Source of the DNA: Vicinamibacterales bacterium
GTDB taxonomy: Bacteria; Acidobacteriota; Vicinamibacteria; Vicinamibacterales; CAVVIG01
Assembly (NCBI GenBank): GCA_035534615.1
Contig: DATLRO010000004.1
Location: 10,646-74,645, forward strand
Reading direction: 5' to 3'
Length of the DNA stretch: 64,000 nucleotides
Part shown: positions 55,652-64,000 of the stretch, piece after piece
Layout: the number at the start of each line of letters is the position of its first letter
Numbering within the stretch: position 1 is the stretch's first letter
The notes under the pieces: generated by a model
What the model was told of the DNA's origin: nothing
Databases searched by the model: none
What the model saw: only the letters and a program-made list of their open reading frames with translations
Made by a program: the position numbers and the translations under genes

Positions 55652-56623
55652 TCAGTACTCCCGGACCTCGATGCGCTTGATCGCCTCCTCCCGGCTGATC
55701 CGGCCCGTCCGGAAGGCTTCCAGATCGCGCCCCCGGATCCGCAGGGTCATCGATCGCACGTCAAACGCGTCGTCCGGCGACAGCCGCGCGGGATCCTCAT
55801 CATCGCGGGCGGCCACCGTGAGCCACTCATCCGGCCTGAGCGCCAGCGGTCCGCCGTAGTCGAGCATCGCCTCGATCAGGGATTTCTTCACCTCGTTCAG
55901 ATACGCGCCCTCCGGGTCCTGCAACAGCGCGGCCTGAGCGGCCGTCTCCCGGGTGGAGAGCGCCGGCGGCACCGCAGCAGGGGCCGCCGGCGCGGTCGAC
56001 GCCGCCGTCACCGTCGCGGAGGAGGCCGCGGTCAGGGCCCGAGCCTGGCGGGCGACCGGCTCACCGGGCACCGGCGTGCCCGGCACGGCCGCCCCCTCGG
56101 GGGGCAGCATCGGCCCCATCTGCAGCTCGACCTGCTGGAGCGCCTCCTCCAGCGAGCGGCGCATGCTGCTGTCGCCGATCGCCTTGACGTGCCGCTTGAG
56201 CGCGGCGAGCGCCTCGGCCAGCGTGGGATCGGGGCGGTCCAGCATCTGGAAGCTCCAGGCGATGCTCCGCCGGAGCGCCGGCACCTCGACGTCGAAGAAG
56301 ACGCCGTAGTCCGGCAGCCGGAAGCCGCGCGCCTGGGCCATGCCGGCCAGCACGATCATGTTCGGCATCACCCGGCGGATCCGCTCGCTCAGGATCTCGG
56401 CGCCGTGGTCGACGGCGCGCTGGAGCACCGCCTCCATGACGAAGATCTGATAGCGCGCCCGGGCCCGGGCCTGTGCCCGGGCGTGCGCCTGCGCGACGGC
56501 GTCGGCCTGGACCGGCGGCGCGGTCGCCGGCGCCCTCTGCCCGCGGGCGACTCCCGGCACCACCAGCACCGCGCCGACCAGCACCGTCCTCAACACGTGT
56601 CCGACTGCCCCTGAAGCGGTCAC
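55652..56623 (-). CDS. hypothetical secreted protein downstream of the ECF pair
   Basis: C-terminal 324 codons of track ORF 55652-57187. GTG (complement of 56621-56623) is preceded by GGAGGA at 6 nt. N-terminus VTASGAVGHVLRTVLVGAVLVVPGVARG is signal-like. Confidence 0.55.
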   Translation of the reverse strand: MTASGAVGHVLRTVLVGAVLVVPGVARGQRAPATAPPVQADAVAQAHARAQARARARYQIFVMEAVLQRAVDHGAEILSERIRRVMPNMIVLAGMAQARGFRLPDYGVFFDVEVPALRRSIAWSFQMLDRPDPTLAEALAALKRHVKAIGDSSMRRSLEEALQQVELQMGPMLPPEGAAVPGTPVPGEPVARQARALTAASSATVTAASTAPAAPAAVPPALSTRETAAQAALLQDPEGAYLNEVKKSLIEAMLDYGGPLALRPDEWLTVAARDDEDPARLSPDDAFDVRSMTLRIRGRDLEAFRTGRISREEAIKRIEVREY

Positions 56624-56684
56624 GACCTGTCCTCCTTCACGGCCGCCCGGCCTCGCGGGCGACCTGCCTGCCCCGATCGGTGTC

Positions 56685-57404
56685 CTACTGCGGCCGCTGC
56701 TGGGCCACCTGGACGAGGTAATTCCACAACTCCCGCTGCTGGGCGACCGCCGCGCCGGTCGTCCCTTCGATCTGCCCGAGATTCTGATCGATCCGGACGA
56801 GATCCGCGCGGCGCTGGTATTCCATGTCCTGCATCGCCTGCACGAGGCGCAGCGCGAACTCGCGGCGCTGGCGCTGCTCGCTCTGGCTGACGAGGGTCCG
56901 GACGCGATCCAGCAGGGCGGTCTGGTCGGCCGGCGGCACGGACGACGCCGGCGTGCGCGTCTCGAGCTGCTGCTCGACGCGCGACTCGAAGGCCGCCAGC
57001 TGCGGCGCAAGCGCCGCCGGCGCGGCGGCCTCGGCGGCCACCGGCGCGGCCGGCCAGCCGGTCTGGATCTCGAGGCCGCCGGCGCCGTAATGGACGTCGA
57101 GGTGTGCCACGGCGGCGCCCATCGCGAGCACGAGCACGGCGGCGGCCGCCTGCATCGGCACGCGCCAGGCGACCCACCACGGCGCACGATCGGCGCGCGG
57201 GATCACGCTGAACCCCGGCTCGCGCTCCGGCGGCGCCCAGTGGACCAGGCGGCTGCGCACCGCCTGAAGCCCGTCGAGTTCGTCCCGACACTCGGCGCAG
57301 GCCGCGAGATGGTCCTCGAGGCGGGCGCGTTCGTCGTCGTCGCACTCGTCGTAGAGATAGGCAATCAGCCGTTCACGATCGTCGGACGTGTGATGCTGGC
57401 TCAT
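56685..57404 (-). CDS. anti-sigma factor (zf-HC2, single TM, periplasmic coiled region)
   Basis: ATG (complement of 57402-57404, MSQHHTSDDRERLIAYLYDE) overlaps the sigma TGA as ATGA. H-x3-C-x2-C motif HLAACAEC. TM span MQAAAAVLVLAMGAAVA. Confidence 0.75.
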   Translation of the reverse strand: MSQHHTSDDRERLIAYLYDECDDDERARLEDHLAACAECRDELDGLQAVRSRLVHWAPPEREPGFSVIPRADRAPWWVAWRVPMQAAAAVLVLAMGAAVAHLDVHYGAGGLEIQTGWPAAPVAAEAAAPAALAPQLAAFESRVEQQLETRTPASSVPPADQTALLDRVRTLVSQSEQRQRREFALRLVQAMQDMEYQRRADLVRIDQNLGQIEGTTGAAVAQQRELWNYLVQVAQQRPQ

Positions 57405-58033
57405 GATGGTGTCGAAGTGTGGGGGCCGCGCGCCGCGGCGCCGCGGCCGTCGCGACCCAGCTCGCGCCGGAGCACGCTGAGCCCCTGATACAGTCGCGTC
57501 TTGACCGTGCTGAGCGGGCAGCCGAGCAGCGACGCGATCTCCTGAAACGTCAGACCGTGGTACTCCTTCAGAATGATGGCGGTCCGCTGCTCGTCCGGGA
57601 GCGCCGCCATCGCCCGTGCCACCCGCCGACTCATGTCGTGCCGGGCGACCAGATCCTCGAGCGGCTCGGCCGGTTCCTGCGCCCCGGCCAGATCCACCAG
57701 ATCGACCCCTTCGGGCGCCTGCACGACCGGCGCGCGGCGTTCGCGCCGGATCCAGTCCCGGCAGAGGTTCAGCGCGATCCGGTACAGCCAGGAGGAGAAC
57801 TTGGCCTGGCCCCGGAACCCGCCCAGCGCCCGGAACGCGCGCAGGAACGTTTCCTGACAGACGTCGCGCGCATCCTCCTCGCGGCCGATGACGCGGTACG
57901 CCAGGGCATAGATCGGCCGCTCCCATCGAACGATGAGCTGATTGAAGCTCTCCGCGTCCCCGCGCATCGAGTGCGCGACGAGCTCCTCATCGGTCCACGT
58001 CGCGCGAAGCGCGACCGATTCATCTTGCGGCAT
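57401..58033 (-). CDS. ECF-type RNA polymerase sigma factor
   Basis: 210 aa. Region 2 FNQLIVRWERPIYALAYRV...DVCQETFLRAF. Region 4 LPDEQRTAIILKEYHGLTFQEIASLLGCPLSTVKTRLYQGL. Confidence 0.9.
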   Translation of the reverse strand: MPQDESVALRATWTDEELVAHSMRGDAESFNQLIVRWERPIYALAYRVIGREEDARDVCQETFLRAFRALGGFRGQAKFSSWLYRIALNLCRDWIRRERRAPVVQAPEGVDLVDLAGAQEPAEPLEDLVARHDMSRRVARAMAALPDEQRTAIILKEYHGLTFQEIASLLGCPLSTVKTRLYQGLSVLRRELGRDGRGAAARGPHTSTPS

Positions 58034-58434
58034 GCAGTCGCGTATCTCGGCCGGCCACCGCGGTCAGGCCGGGGTGACGTCGAAAGTCTGGCGTGCCATC
58101 TGGTTAGACGGCCGAAGCATCGCGGCAGTCGGCCGGCCCGGGGAGGCCGGCGGCGGCGCGGACTGGTCACGCGGATAGACTCTCAGCATAAACCATTGGC
58201 GGGATGGAGATTCCAGCGATCGCGCCGCGGCCGGGCCGGCCGGAAGACCCGCCGGGCGCAAAGCCCGCGCCGGGGCTTGCCCGGGCGGGCCGGCGCCGGG
58301 CAACCGGTTCACCCGCTCAACAGCTCGATGGCGCCGGCCACAGGGCCTGGCGTACAATCGCCCGTCATTCGAGAAGGCCCCGGCACGCCCGCCGCCATCC
58401 GGCGGGCCGGCCGGCGGCCCCGGCCGCTGCACTC

Positions 58435-60588
58435 ATGCCCAGGGTCAGACCGCCACGACGAACCGCTCCGCCGGATCGGCGGGTGCGCCGCGCCGGCGCG
58501 GCGGCCGGCGGCCGACCGCCGGCCGCCCCCGCTGGACCGGCCGCGCTGCCCGGCCTGCTGCTCCGGAGCGCGCAGCCGGCCGACGTCCTGCTGCCGCTGC
58601 ACCGTGAGGCCATGGCCCTCACGGGCGGCGTCTGCTCCGTGCTGTTCGAGCACGGGCCGCAGGCCCATCGGCTGCTGCCGACGTCGAGCGCCGGGCTGGT
58701 CCACCGGCAGGCGGATCCCTGGATGCCCGGCCGCGCGGAAGCGAAACGGGCCGACCAGGTGTTTGCCGGCGGGCGGCCGTTTCTGGTGACGAAGACGGCG
58801 AAGGACATGCCGGCGCTGGCGGCGTACGTCCGGACGCCCGGCGCCCTGCTCGTGCCGCTGCAGCGCGGCGCCGAGCGCGTCGGGCTGCTCGTCGTCGGTC
58901 TGGAGCACGTACCGGCCGATCCCGACGTGCCCGCGCGGCTGGCGGACCTGTCGGATGCGTTCACGCTGGCGCTCGAGCATCTGCGGCAGCGCCGCGACCT
59001 GGCGTTGCAGCGCGATCTCGGGCTCCTCCTGCAGGACTTCACGCAGATCGTCTCGTCGAGTTCACAGCTCGCCCGGGGCCTCGACCTGTTCTGCGCGCGG
59101 GCGAACGCGCTGTTCGCCGCCGACCGCACGTCGATCTGGATGCACGAGCGGCGCGCCCGCCACCTCGTGCTGCAGGCCTCGTCCGACACCGCGCGCGTCG
59201 CCGGCGCGGCCCGCGTGCCGACGGACGACCCGACGTCGCCGGCGGCGGCCGCCATGCGCAACAGCCGGGCCGAGCTGGTGAGCCCGCGCCCGGGGGAGGA
59301 CGGCGGCCGCTTCGTGCTCACGGTGCCGCTCAAGGGATACCGGCGCGCCCTGGGCGCGATCCTCTTCGAGGGGGTGCGCGTCGAGGCCGACAGCGAGCGC
59401 GATCTGCTCGAGCGCGCCGACCAGGTCGCCCTCCAGCTGTCCCGCGCGATCGAGAACATGCAGCTGCTCGAAGAGGTGCTGCGGTCGCGGCGCGAGCTGG
59501 AGAACACGTTCGATTCGATCGCGGATCTGGTGGCCGTGTGCGACCGCCGGCGCCGGCTCGTGCGGGTGAACCACGCGTTCGCCGCGCGCGTCGGCCTCGC
59601 CCGCGACGAGATCGTCGACCGGCCGCTGGCCGACTTCATCGGGCCGGACACGGAGCGCTGGGTGAGCGCGCTCGATCGCTCGCGCGCGCGGCACACCGGC
59701 GGCGCCGTGACCCGCGAGATCACCGATCCGGTCCTCAACGGCACGTTTTCCATCACCGTCAGCGACCTGCTCCGCCAGGACCACGAGCCGGTCGGCCACG
59801 TGATCGTGGCGCGCGACATCACCCCCCAGGCGCGCCTGGAAGCCGAGCGGGCGGAGCTGCGGATCAGGCTGACCCAGTCCGAGAAGCTGGCGGCGCTCGG
59901 CCAGTTCGTGGCCGGCATCGCTCACGAGTTGAACAACCCGCTCCAGGGCGTGCTCGGCCACCTCGAGCTGCTGCGCGCCACCGGCGCGTTCCCCACGCAG
60001 CTCCGGCGGGAGGTGCAGGTCATCTACCGCGAGGCCGACCGCGCCGCAAAAATCGTCCGGAACCTGCTGGTGTTCGCCGGCTCGCGGCGCCTGGCGCGGC
60101 GCCCGCTGCGGCTCAACGCCGTCGTCCAGCGCGTGTGCGCGCTGCGCGCGGCCGCCTTCCGGGCCGCCTCGATCGAGGTCGTGCGCCATTATGACGAGCA
60201 CCTGCCCAAGCTCCAGGGCGACGCGCTGCTGCTCCACCAGGCCTTCCTGAACATCGTGCTCAACGCCGAGCAGGCGCTGGCCGCCAGGGGCGGAGGGCGG
60301 ATCGAGGTCCAGACCACGCTGGACCGGTCGGGCGAGCGGGTCGTCGCCCGCTTCCGGGACACCGGCCCGGGCATCCCGCAAGATGTGCTGCCGCGGATCT
60401 TCGAACCGTTCTACACTACTAAGGACGTCGGACAGGGGACCGGTCTCGGCCTGGCCATCGCCTACGGCATCATCCAGGAGCACGGGGGGCAGATTCACGC
60501 CTCGAATCACCCCGGGGGTGGGGCGATGTTCACGATCGAGCTGCCGGTCAGGCCGGGCGGCGGTGCGCCGCCCAGGACGCAGGCATGA
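58435..60588 (+). CDS. cytoplasmic sensor histidine kinase (GAF, GAF, PAS, HisKA, HATPase_c)
   Basis: Track ORF 58204-60588. The start is uncertain (ATG 58435 gives an Arg/Pro-rich N-terminus). PAS region LENTFDSIADLVAVCD, H-box FVAGIAHELNNPLQ, G-boxes RDTGPGIP and GTGLGLAIA. Confidence 0.8.
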   Translation: MPRVRPPRRTAPPDRRVRRAGAAAGGRPPAAPAGPAALPGLLLRSAQPADVLLPLHREAMALTGGVCSVLFEHGPQAHRLLPTSSAGLVHRQADPWMPGRAEAKRADQVFAGGRPFLVTKTAKDMPALAAYVRTPGALLVPLQRGAERVGLLVVGLEHVPADPDVPARLADLSDAFTLALEHLRQRRDLALQRDLGLLLQDFTQIVSSSSQLARGLDLFCARANALFAADRTSIWMHERRARHLVLQASSDTARVAGAARVPTDDPTSPAAAAMRNSRAELVSPRPGEDGGRFVLTVPLKGYRRALGAILFEGVRVEADSERDLLERADQVALQLSRAIENMQLLEEVLRSRRELENTFDSIADLVAVCDRRRRLVRVNHAFAARVGLARDEIVDRPLADFIGPDTERWVSALDRSRARHTGGAVTREITDPVLNGTFSITVSDLLRQDHEPVGHVIVARDITPQARLEAERAELRIRLTQSEKLAALGQFVAGIAHELNNPLQGVLGHLELLRATGAFPTQLRREVQVIYREADRAAKIVRNLLVFAGSRRLARRPLRLNAVVQRVCALRAAAFRAASIEVVRHYDEHLPKLQGDALLLHQAFLNIVLNAEQALAARGGGRIEVQTTLDRSGERVVARFRDTGPGIPQDVLPRIFEPFYTTKDVGQGTGLGLAIAYGIIQEHGGQIHASNHPGGGAMFTIELPVRPGGGAPPRTQA

Positions 60589-61172
60589 TTGACGAGACTT
60601 TCCTGACGACCGAGGAGGTTCTGGCGTACCTCCAGGTGAATCTCCGGACCGTGTACCGGCTGATCAAGGCCGGCAAGATTCCGGCCGTGCGGGTCGGGCG
60701 CCAGTGGCGCTTCCGCAAGCGGGACATCGATGCCTGGCTCGACAGCCAGCGTCCGCGCACCGCCCGGGCGGCGGCTCCGGCCCCCGCAGCGGCCCGGACC
60801 ACGCCGCTCAGCCGGCCCCGCGTGCTCGTCGTGGACGACGAGGCGAGCATCCGCGATCTGCTGTCGAAGACGCTGGCGCTGGCGGAGTACGACGTCGACG
60901 CCGTCCCGGACGGCCGGTCGGCGCTCGAACGGATGCGCCTGTACCCGTACGACCTGCTCATCATCGATCTCAAGATGCCGGGCATGGACGGCCTGAGCGT
61001 GATCCGCGAGGCCAAGCGGTACAAGGCCGACCTCCCGGTCATCATCATCACCGGCTACTCGACCGAGGCGAGCGCCATCGAGGCGGTCAATCTCGGGGTC
61101 GCGGGCTACCTGACCAAGCCATTCCGCGTCCCGCAGGTGCTGGCCGCGGCCGCCAAGGCGCTCGGCGAATAG
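60585..61172 (+). CDS. response regulator with N-terminal excisionase/MerR-type HTH (HTH_17) and C-terminal receiver domain
   Basis: 195 aa, with ATG overlapping the kinase TGA as ATGA. HTH region LTTEEVLAYLQVNLRTVYRLIKAGKIPAVRVGRQWRFRKRDIDAWL. Receiver VLVVDDEASIRD...LLIIDLKMPGMDG...GYLTKPF. Confidence 0.85.
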   Translation: MIDETFLTTEEVLAYLQVNLRTVYRLIKAGKIPAVRVGRQWRFRKRDIDAWLDSQRPRTARAAAPAPAAARTTPLSRPRVLVVDDEASIRDLLSKTLALAEYDVDAVPDGRSALERMRLYPYDLLIIDLKMPGMDGLSVIREAKRYKADLPVIIITGYSTEASAIEAVNLGVAGYLTKPFRVPQVLAAAAKALGE

Positions 61173-61234
61173 GCCGTGCGAGCCCGCCCGGCCCGGACGC
61201 CGAGGCCCGCCGCGGTGCCCCCCGTTCCGTCGTA

Positions 61235-63250
61235 ATGATCCAGCTGTCCGAACTCACGAAATCGTTTGGCGACCGCGTGCTGCTCGACCGCGTCACCTGG
61301 CAGCTCGGCGACCGCGAGCGCGCCGGCCTGTGCGGCCCCAACGGCGCCGGCAAGACGACGCTGCTGCGGATGCTCGCCGGGCTCGAAGAGCCCGACTCGG
61401 GCAGCGTGATCAAGCCGGCCGGCCTGGCCGTCGGCTACCTGCCGCAGGACGGCCTGTCGCACGCGGGCCGGACGGTCTACGCGGAGGCCAGCCTCGCGTT
61501 CCTGCCGCTGCTCCAGATCCGGACCGAGATGCAGGCGATCGAGGAGCGGCTCGCCGATCCCGGCGGCCCGGCCGCCGACCACGACACGATGCTGGCCCGC
61601 TACAGCGATCTCCAGGATCGATTCCGTCTGGGCGACGGCTACAGCATCGACCTGAAGATCGCCACGGTTCTGCGCGGCCTGGGCTTCTCGCAGGACGATC
61701 ACGACCGCCGCACGGAGACCTTTTCGGGCGGCTGGCAGATGCGGCTGGCCCTGGCCAAGCTGCTGCTCGGCGAGCCGGGCCTGCTCCTGCTCGACGAGCC
61801 GACCAATCACCTCGATCTCGAAGCCCGCAACTGGCTCGAGGCGTACCTCGCCACGTATCCGGGTGCCGTGATCCTGGTCTCCCACGACCGCTACTTCCTC
61901 GACGCGGTCGTCACGCGGATCGCCGACCTCACGCTGCGGACCCTCACCGACTACTACGGCGGGTACAGCGACTATCTCGTCGAACGGGACGCCCGCCTGG
62001 AGCGGCTGCGCGAAGCGAAGCGCCGCCAGGACGAGGAAGTCGCGCGCGTGCGCCAGTTCATCGACCGCTTCCGCTATCAGGCGACGAAGGCCGCGCAGGT
62101 GCAGAGCCGGATCAAGATGCTCGAGAAGGTCGTGCCGATCGAGGTGCCGCCGGAGCGCAAGCGGATCCACTTCGACTTTCCGGCCGCCGCGAAGAGCGGC
62201 CGGCTCGTGCTCGAACTGAAACAGGTCCGCAAGGCGTACGGCGACCACGTGGTCTTCCGTCAGCTCGATCTCCACGTCGAGCGCGGCGACCGGCTCGCCG
62301 TGATCGGGCCGAACGGCGCCGGCAAGTCCACGCTCATGCGGATGCTCTCGGGCGCCGAACCGCCGGACACCGGCGAGCGCATCGAAGGGCACCAGGTGGT
62401 CATCCAGTATTTCGCGCAGGATGAAGCCGCGCGGCTCGAGCCGGCCCTGACCGTCTACGAGACGCTCGCCGCCGGGTCGCCGACCGACATGGTCCCGGCC
62501 ATCCGGAACATCCTGGGCGGGTTCCTCTTTTCCGGCGACGACGTGTACAAGCGGGCCGGCGTCCTGTCGGGCGGTGAACGGACGCGGCTGGCGGTGGCGC
62601 GCATGCTGCTGCGCCCCTCGAACACGCTGATCCTGGACGAGCCGACCAATCATCTGGACCTCGAGTCGAAGGACGTGCTGCTCGACGCGCTGGCCGACTA
62701 CGGCGGCACGCTGATCTTCGTCTCACACGATCGCTACTTCATCGATCGGCTGGCCACGAAGGTGGTCGAGGTCGGCCACGGCGGCGCCGTCATCTATCCG
62801 GGCCGCTACGAGGAGTTCCTGTGGAGCCGCGCGCATGCGGGCGAGGCCGGCCCCGCCCAGGCGGCCCCCGGCGCGGCGCCGGACCGTCACCCGCGGCAGG
62901 CGCAGCCCCCTGCCCCGCCCGCCGGGCCGGTTGCACCGGCGGCGGCTCAGACCGCTTCGGGGAATCGTGAAGCGCGCAAGCGGAACCAGGCCGACGAGCG
63001 TCGCCGTGACCGCGAGCGGCGGGCCCGCCGCGCACGCGTCGAGGAGCTGGAGACACGCATCGCCGAGCACGAGGCGGCGATCAAGGCGATCGAAGCGTCG
63101 ATGGCGGCCCCCGGGTTCTACGAAGATCGTGAGGCCGCGCAGCCGATCGTGGACCGCCATCAGACCCTCATGTGGGAAGTCGGCCGGCTGATGGAGCAGT
63201 GGGAAGCGTTGCAGCAGATGCTGACGGACGACGGACAGCCAGAACCGTAA
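61235..63250 (+). CDS. ABC-F family ATPase (Uup/YheS-like, two NBDs plus C-terminal coiled coil)
   Basis: Track ORF 60704-63250, ATG at 61235 (MIQLSELTKSFG). Walker A GPNGAGKTTLL and GPNGAGKSTLM. Signatures FSGGWQMRLAL and LSGGERTRLAV. No TM domain. Basic coiled-coil tail. Confidence 0.9.
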   Translation: MIQLSELTKSFGDRVLLDRVTWQLGDRERAGLCGPNGAGKTTLLRMLAGLEEPDSGSVIKPAGLAVGYLPQDGLSHAGRTVYAEASLAFLPLLQIRTEMQAIEERLADPGGPAADHDTMLARYSDLQDRFRLGDGYSIDLKIATVLRGLGFSQDDHDRRTETFSGGWQMRLALAKLLLGEPGLLLLDEPTNHLDLEARNWLEAYLATYPGAVILVSHDRYFLDAVVTRIADLTLRTLTDYYGGYSDYLVERDARLERLREAKRRQDEEVARVRQFIDRFRYQATKAAQVQSRIKMLEKVVPIEVPPERKRIHFDFPAAAKSGRLVLELKQVRKAYGDHVVFRQLDLHVERGDRLAVIGPNGAGKSTLMRMLSGAEPPDTGERIEGHQVVIQYFAQDEAARLEPALTVYETLAAGSPTDMVPAIRNILGGFLFSGDDVYKRAGVLSGGERTRLAVARMLLRPSNTLILDEPTNHLDLESKDVLLDALADYGGTLIFVSHDRYFIDRLATKVVEVGHGGAVIYPGRYEEFLWSRAHAGEAGPAQAAPGAAPDRHPRQAQPPAPPAGPVAPAAAQTASGNREARKRNQADERRRDRERRARRARVEELETRIAEHEAAIKAIEASMAAPGFYEDREAAQPIVDRHQTLMWEVGRLMEQWEALQQMLTDDGQPEP

Positions 63251-63295
63251 TTTCTACCTTGTGCCGATTCGAGCCAAGAACGACGGAGGTGAAAT

Positions 63296-63318
63296 AGTAC
63301 TTACAAAAATGTAATACT
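63296..63318. repeat. AT-rich imperfect palindrome AGTACTTACA-AAAA-TGTAATACT (core TTACA-N4-TGTAA perfect)
   Basis: Read directly. It lies in an AT-rich stretch of about 80 nt, about 80 nt upstream of the sigma-54 promoter candidate. Confidence 0.6.
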
Positions 63319-63378
63319 AATCGGCGCCAGTGACACTCCCCGATCGCCAGAAACGCGATCTACCGGGCGAAAACTGGA

Positions 63379-63394
63379 GGGCACGGCGTTTGCC
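63379..63394 (+). promoter_or_regulatory. sigma-54 promoter candidate GGGCAC-N5-TTGCC
   Basis: GGGCACGGCGTTTGCC has GG and GC at canonical -24/-12 spacing and matches GGCACG-N4-TTGC. It lies about 125 nt upstream of the PAS gene ATG. Confidence 0.5.
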
Positions 63395-63517
63395 CTGCAG
63401 ACGGCAGCGCCGGATGGAGCGACCGCCATTGCGCCCATGAGAAGGCAACTTTCCCCCACCGCTCGCGCCTCCACTCCGGGACGTGCTGTCGGTCGGGCGA
63501 GACCGGTTCCGAACTCC

Positions 63518-64000
63518 ATGACAGACGGATCGCGACGTTCATCGACGTCCCGGGCGGGTCGCTCGCGGGCCGCGCAGCCCCGGGTGCCGGTCGATGCCCC
63601 CCCGGCGGCCGCGCCGGCGCCGGACGACCGGTTCTTCCGGCAGATCGTCGACAGCATGCGCAACGGGGTTCTGTCGGTGCGGGCCGACGGCATGCTGGCG
63701 GTGATGAACGACGAGGCGTATCGCATTTTCGATCTGAAGCGGCGGCCGGAGGACATCGGGCGGCCGTTTCGCGACGTCCTGAGCGGCCACCCCGACGCCA
63801 TCCGCGTCCTGACCGGCGGATTCGAGCTGAGTCACCTGCCGAACCGGGCCGAGTTACGGCTGAAGGCGTCGGGCCGCGTGATCGGCTACACGCTGGCGCA
63901 GGTGCGGGACGAACGGGGCCGGCTGGCCGGCGTGTCGATGTTCTTCAAGGATCTGACGCGGGTCGAACAGCTGGAGGAGCGCGAGCGCCTGCGCGATCGG
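63518..64000 (+). CDS. PAS-domain sensor or regulator, N-terminal part only (runs off window)
   Basis: Own reading from ATG 63518: MTDGSRRSSTSRAGRSRAAQPRVPVDAPPAAAPAPDDRFFRQIVDSMRNGVLSVRADGMLAVMNDEAYRIFDL...GVSMFFKDLTRVEQLEERERLRDR. It is open to base 64000 and absent from the track because it has no stop. Confidence 0.6.
   Translation, partial: MTDGSRRSSTSRAGRSRAAQPRVPVDAPPAAAPAPDDRFFRQIVDSMRNGVLSVRADGMLAVMNDEAYRIFDLKRRPEDIGRPFRDVLSGHPDAIRVLTGGFELSHLPNRAELRLKASGRVIGYTLAQVRDERGRLAGVSMFFKDLTRVEQLEERERLRDR

Noticed and set aside
55652-57187. 511-aa ORF overlapping the anti-sigma gene.
   Set aside because: The N-terminal part is an alternative frame of the anti-sigma gene and is Arg/Pro/Ser-rich. 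A GGAGGA-N6-GTG start at 56623 gives a sensible signal peptide.
58080-58110. GGCAC...TTTCG upstream of the second ECF sigma gene, and TGGCAG at 3832, as further sigma-54 promoters.
   Set aside because: The GG-N10-GC spacing is not satisfied at either site, and the downstream -12 position is TT or AT rather than GC.

Overview
Very GC-rich bacterial chromosomal segment, roughly two-thirds to 70% G+C by eye (not computed). The cell is diderm, since BamA, TamB and an LptM-like lipobox are present. An Acidobacteriota- or Gemmatimonadota-like origin is a guess only. I call about 51 protein genes and one tRNA-Leu(UAG). I see no rRNA, CRISPR array, transposase, integrase or prophage genes.

Layout, left to right:
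- 1-3543: edge of an exopolysaccharide locus (asnB-like, Wza-like exporter, degenerate sigma-54-activator-like regulator).
- 4048-6748: ECF sigma / anti-sigma operon whose last cistron is an orphan Dam-family methyltransferase.
- 6965-15106: housekeeping block tRNA-Leu, tig, clpP, clpX, lon, engB, rho.
- 15106-18260: GT-C membrane glycosyltransferase, aldo-keto reductase, rpmE.
- 18332-22155: MrfA/MrfB-like helicase-exonuclease pair.
- 22298-27370: APC permease, SDR, DUF547 protein, oxidoreductase.
- 27479-30542: nrdJ with tandem NrdR boxes.
- 30644-34648: NtrC-type two-component operon plus lipoprotein.
- 34909-37327: CPBP protease and a second GT-C protein.
- 37281-52263: 15-kb same-strand array hslV, hslU, Fn3 lipoprotein, split acyl-CoA carboxylase, tamB, bamA, SurA-like.
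- 52454-53759: sigma-54-promoter-driven PEGA protein.
- 53677-58033: second APC permease and a second ECF sigma / anti-sigma cluster.
- 58435-61172: GAF-GAF-PAS kinase with an HTH-REC regulator.
- 61235-64000: ABC-F ATPase and a partial PAS protein.

Most of the window is ordinary core genome. The most unusual item is the ECF-sigma/anti-sigma/Dam operon. Also notable are the degenerate enhancer-binding protein, the carboxylase-TamB-BamA array, three sigma-54 promoter candidates, a dispersed GC-rich intergenic repeat family, and an orphan promoter plus ORF in a convergent gap. All family assignments rest on motif recognition in the supplied translations. No database search was run.
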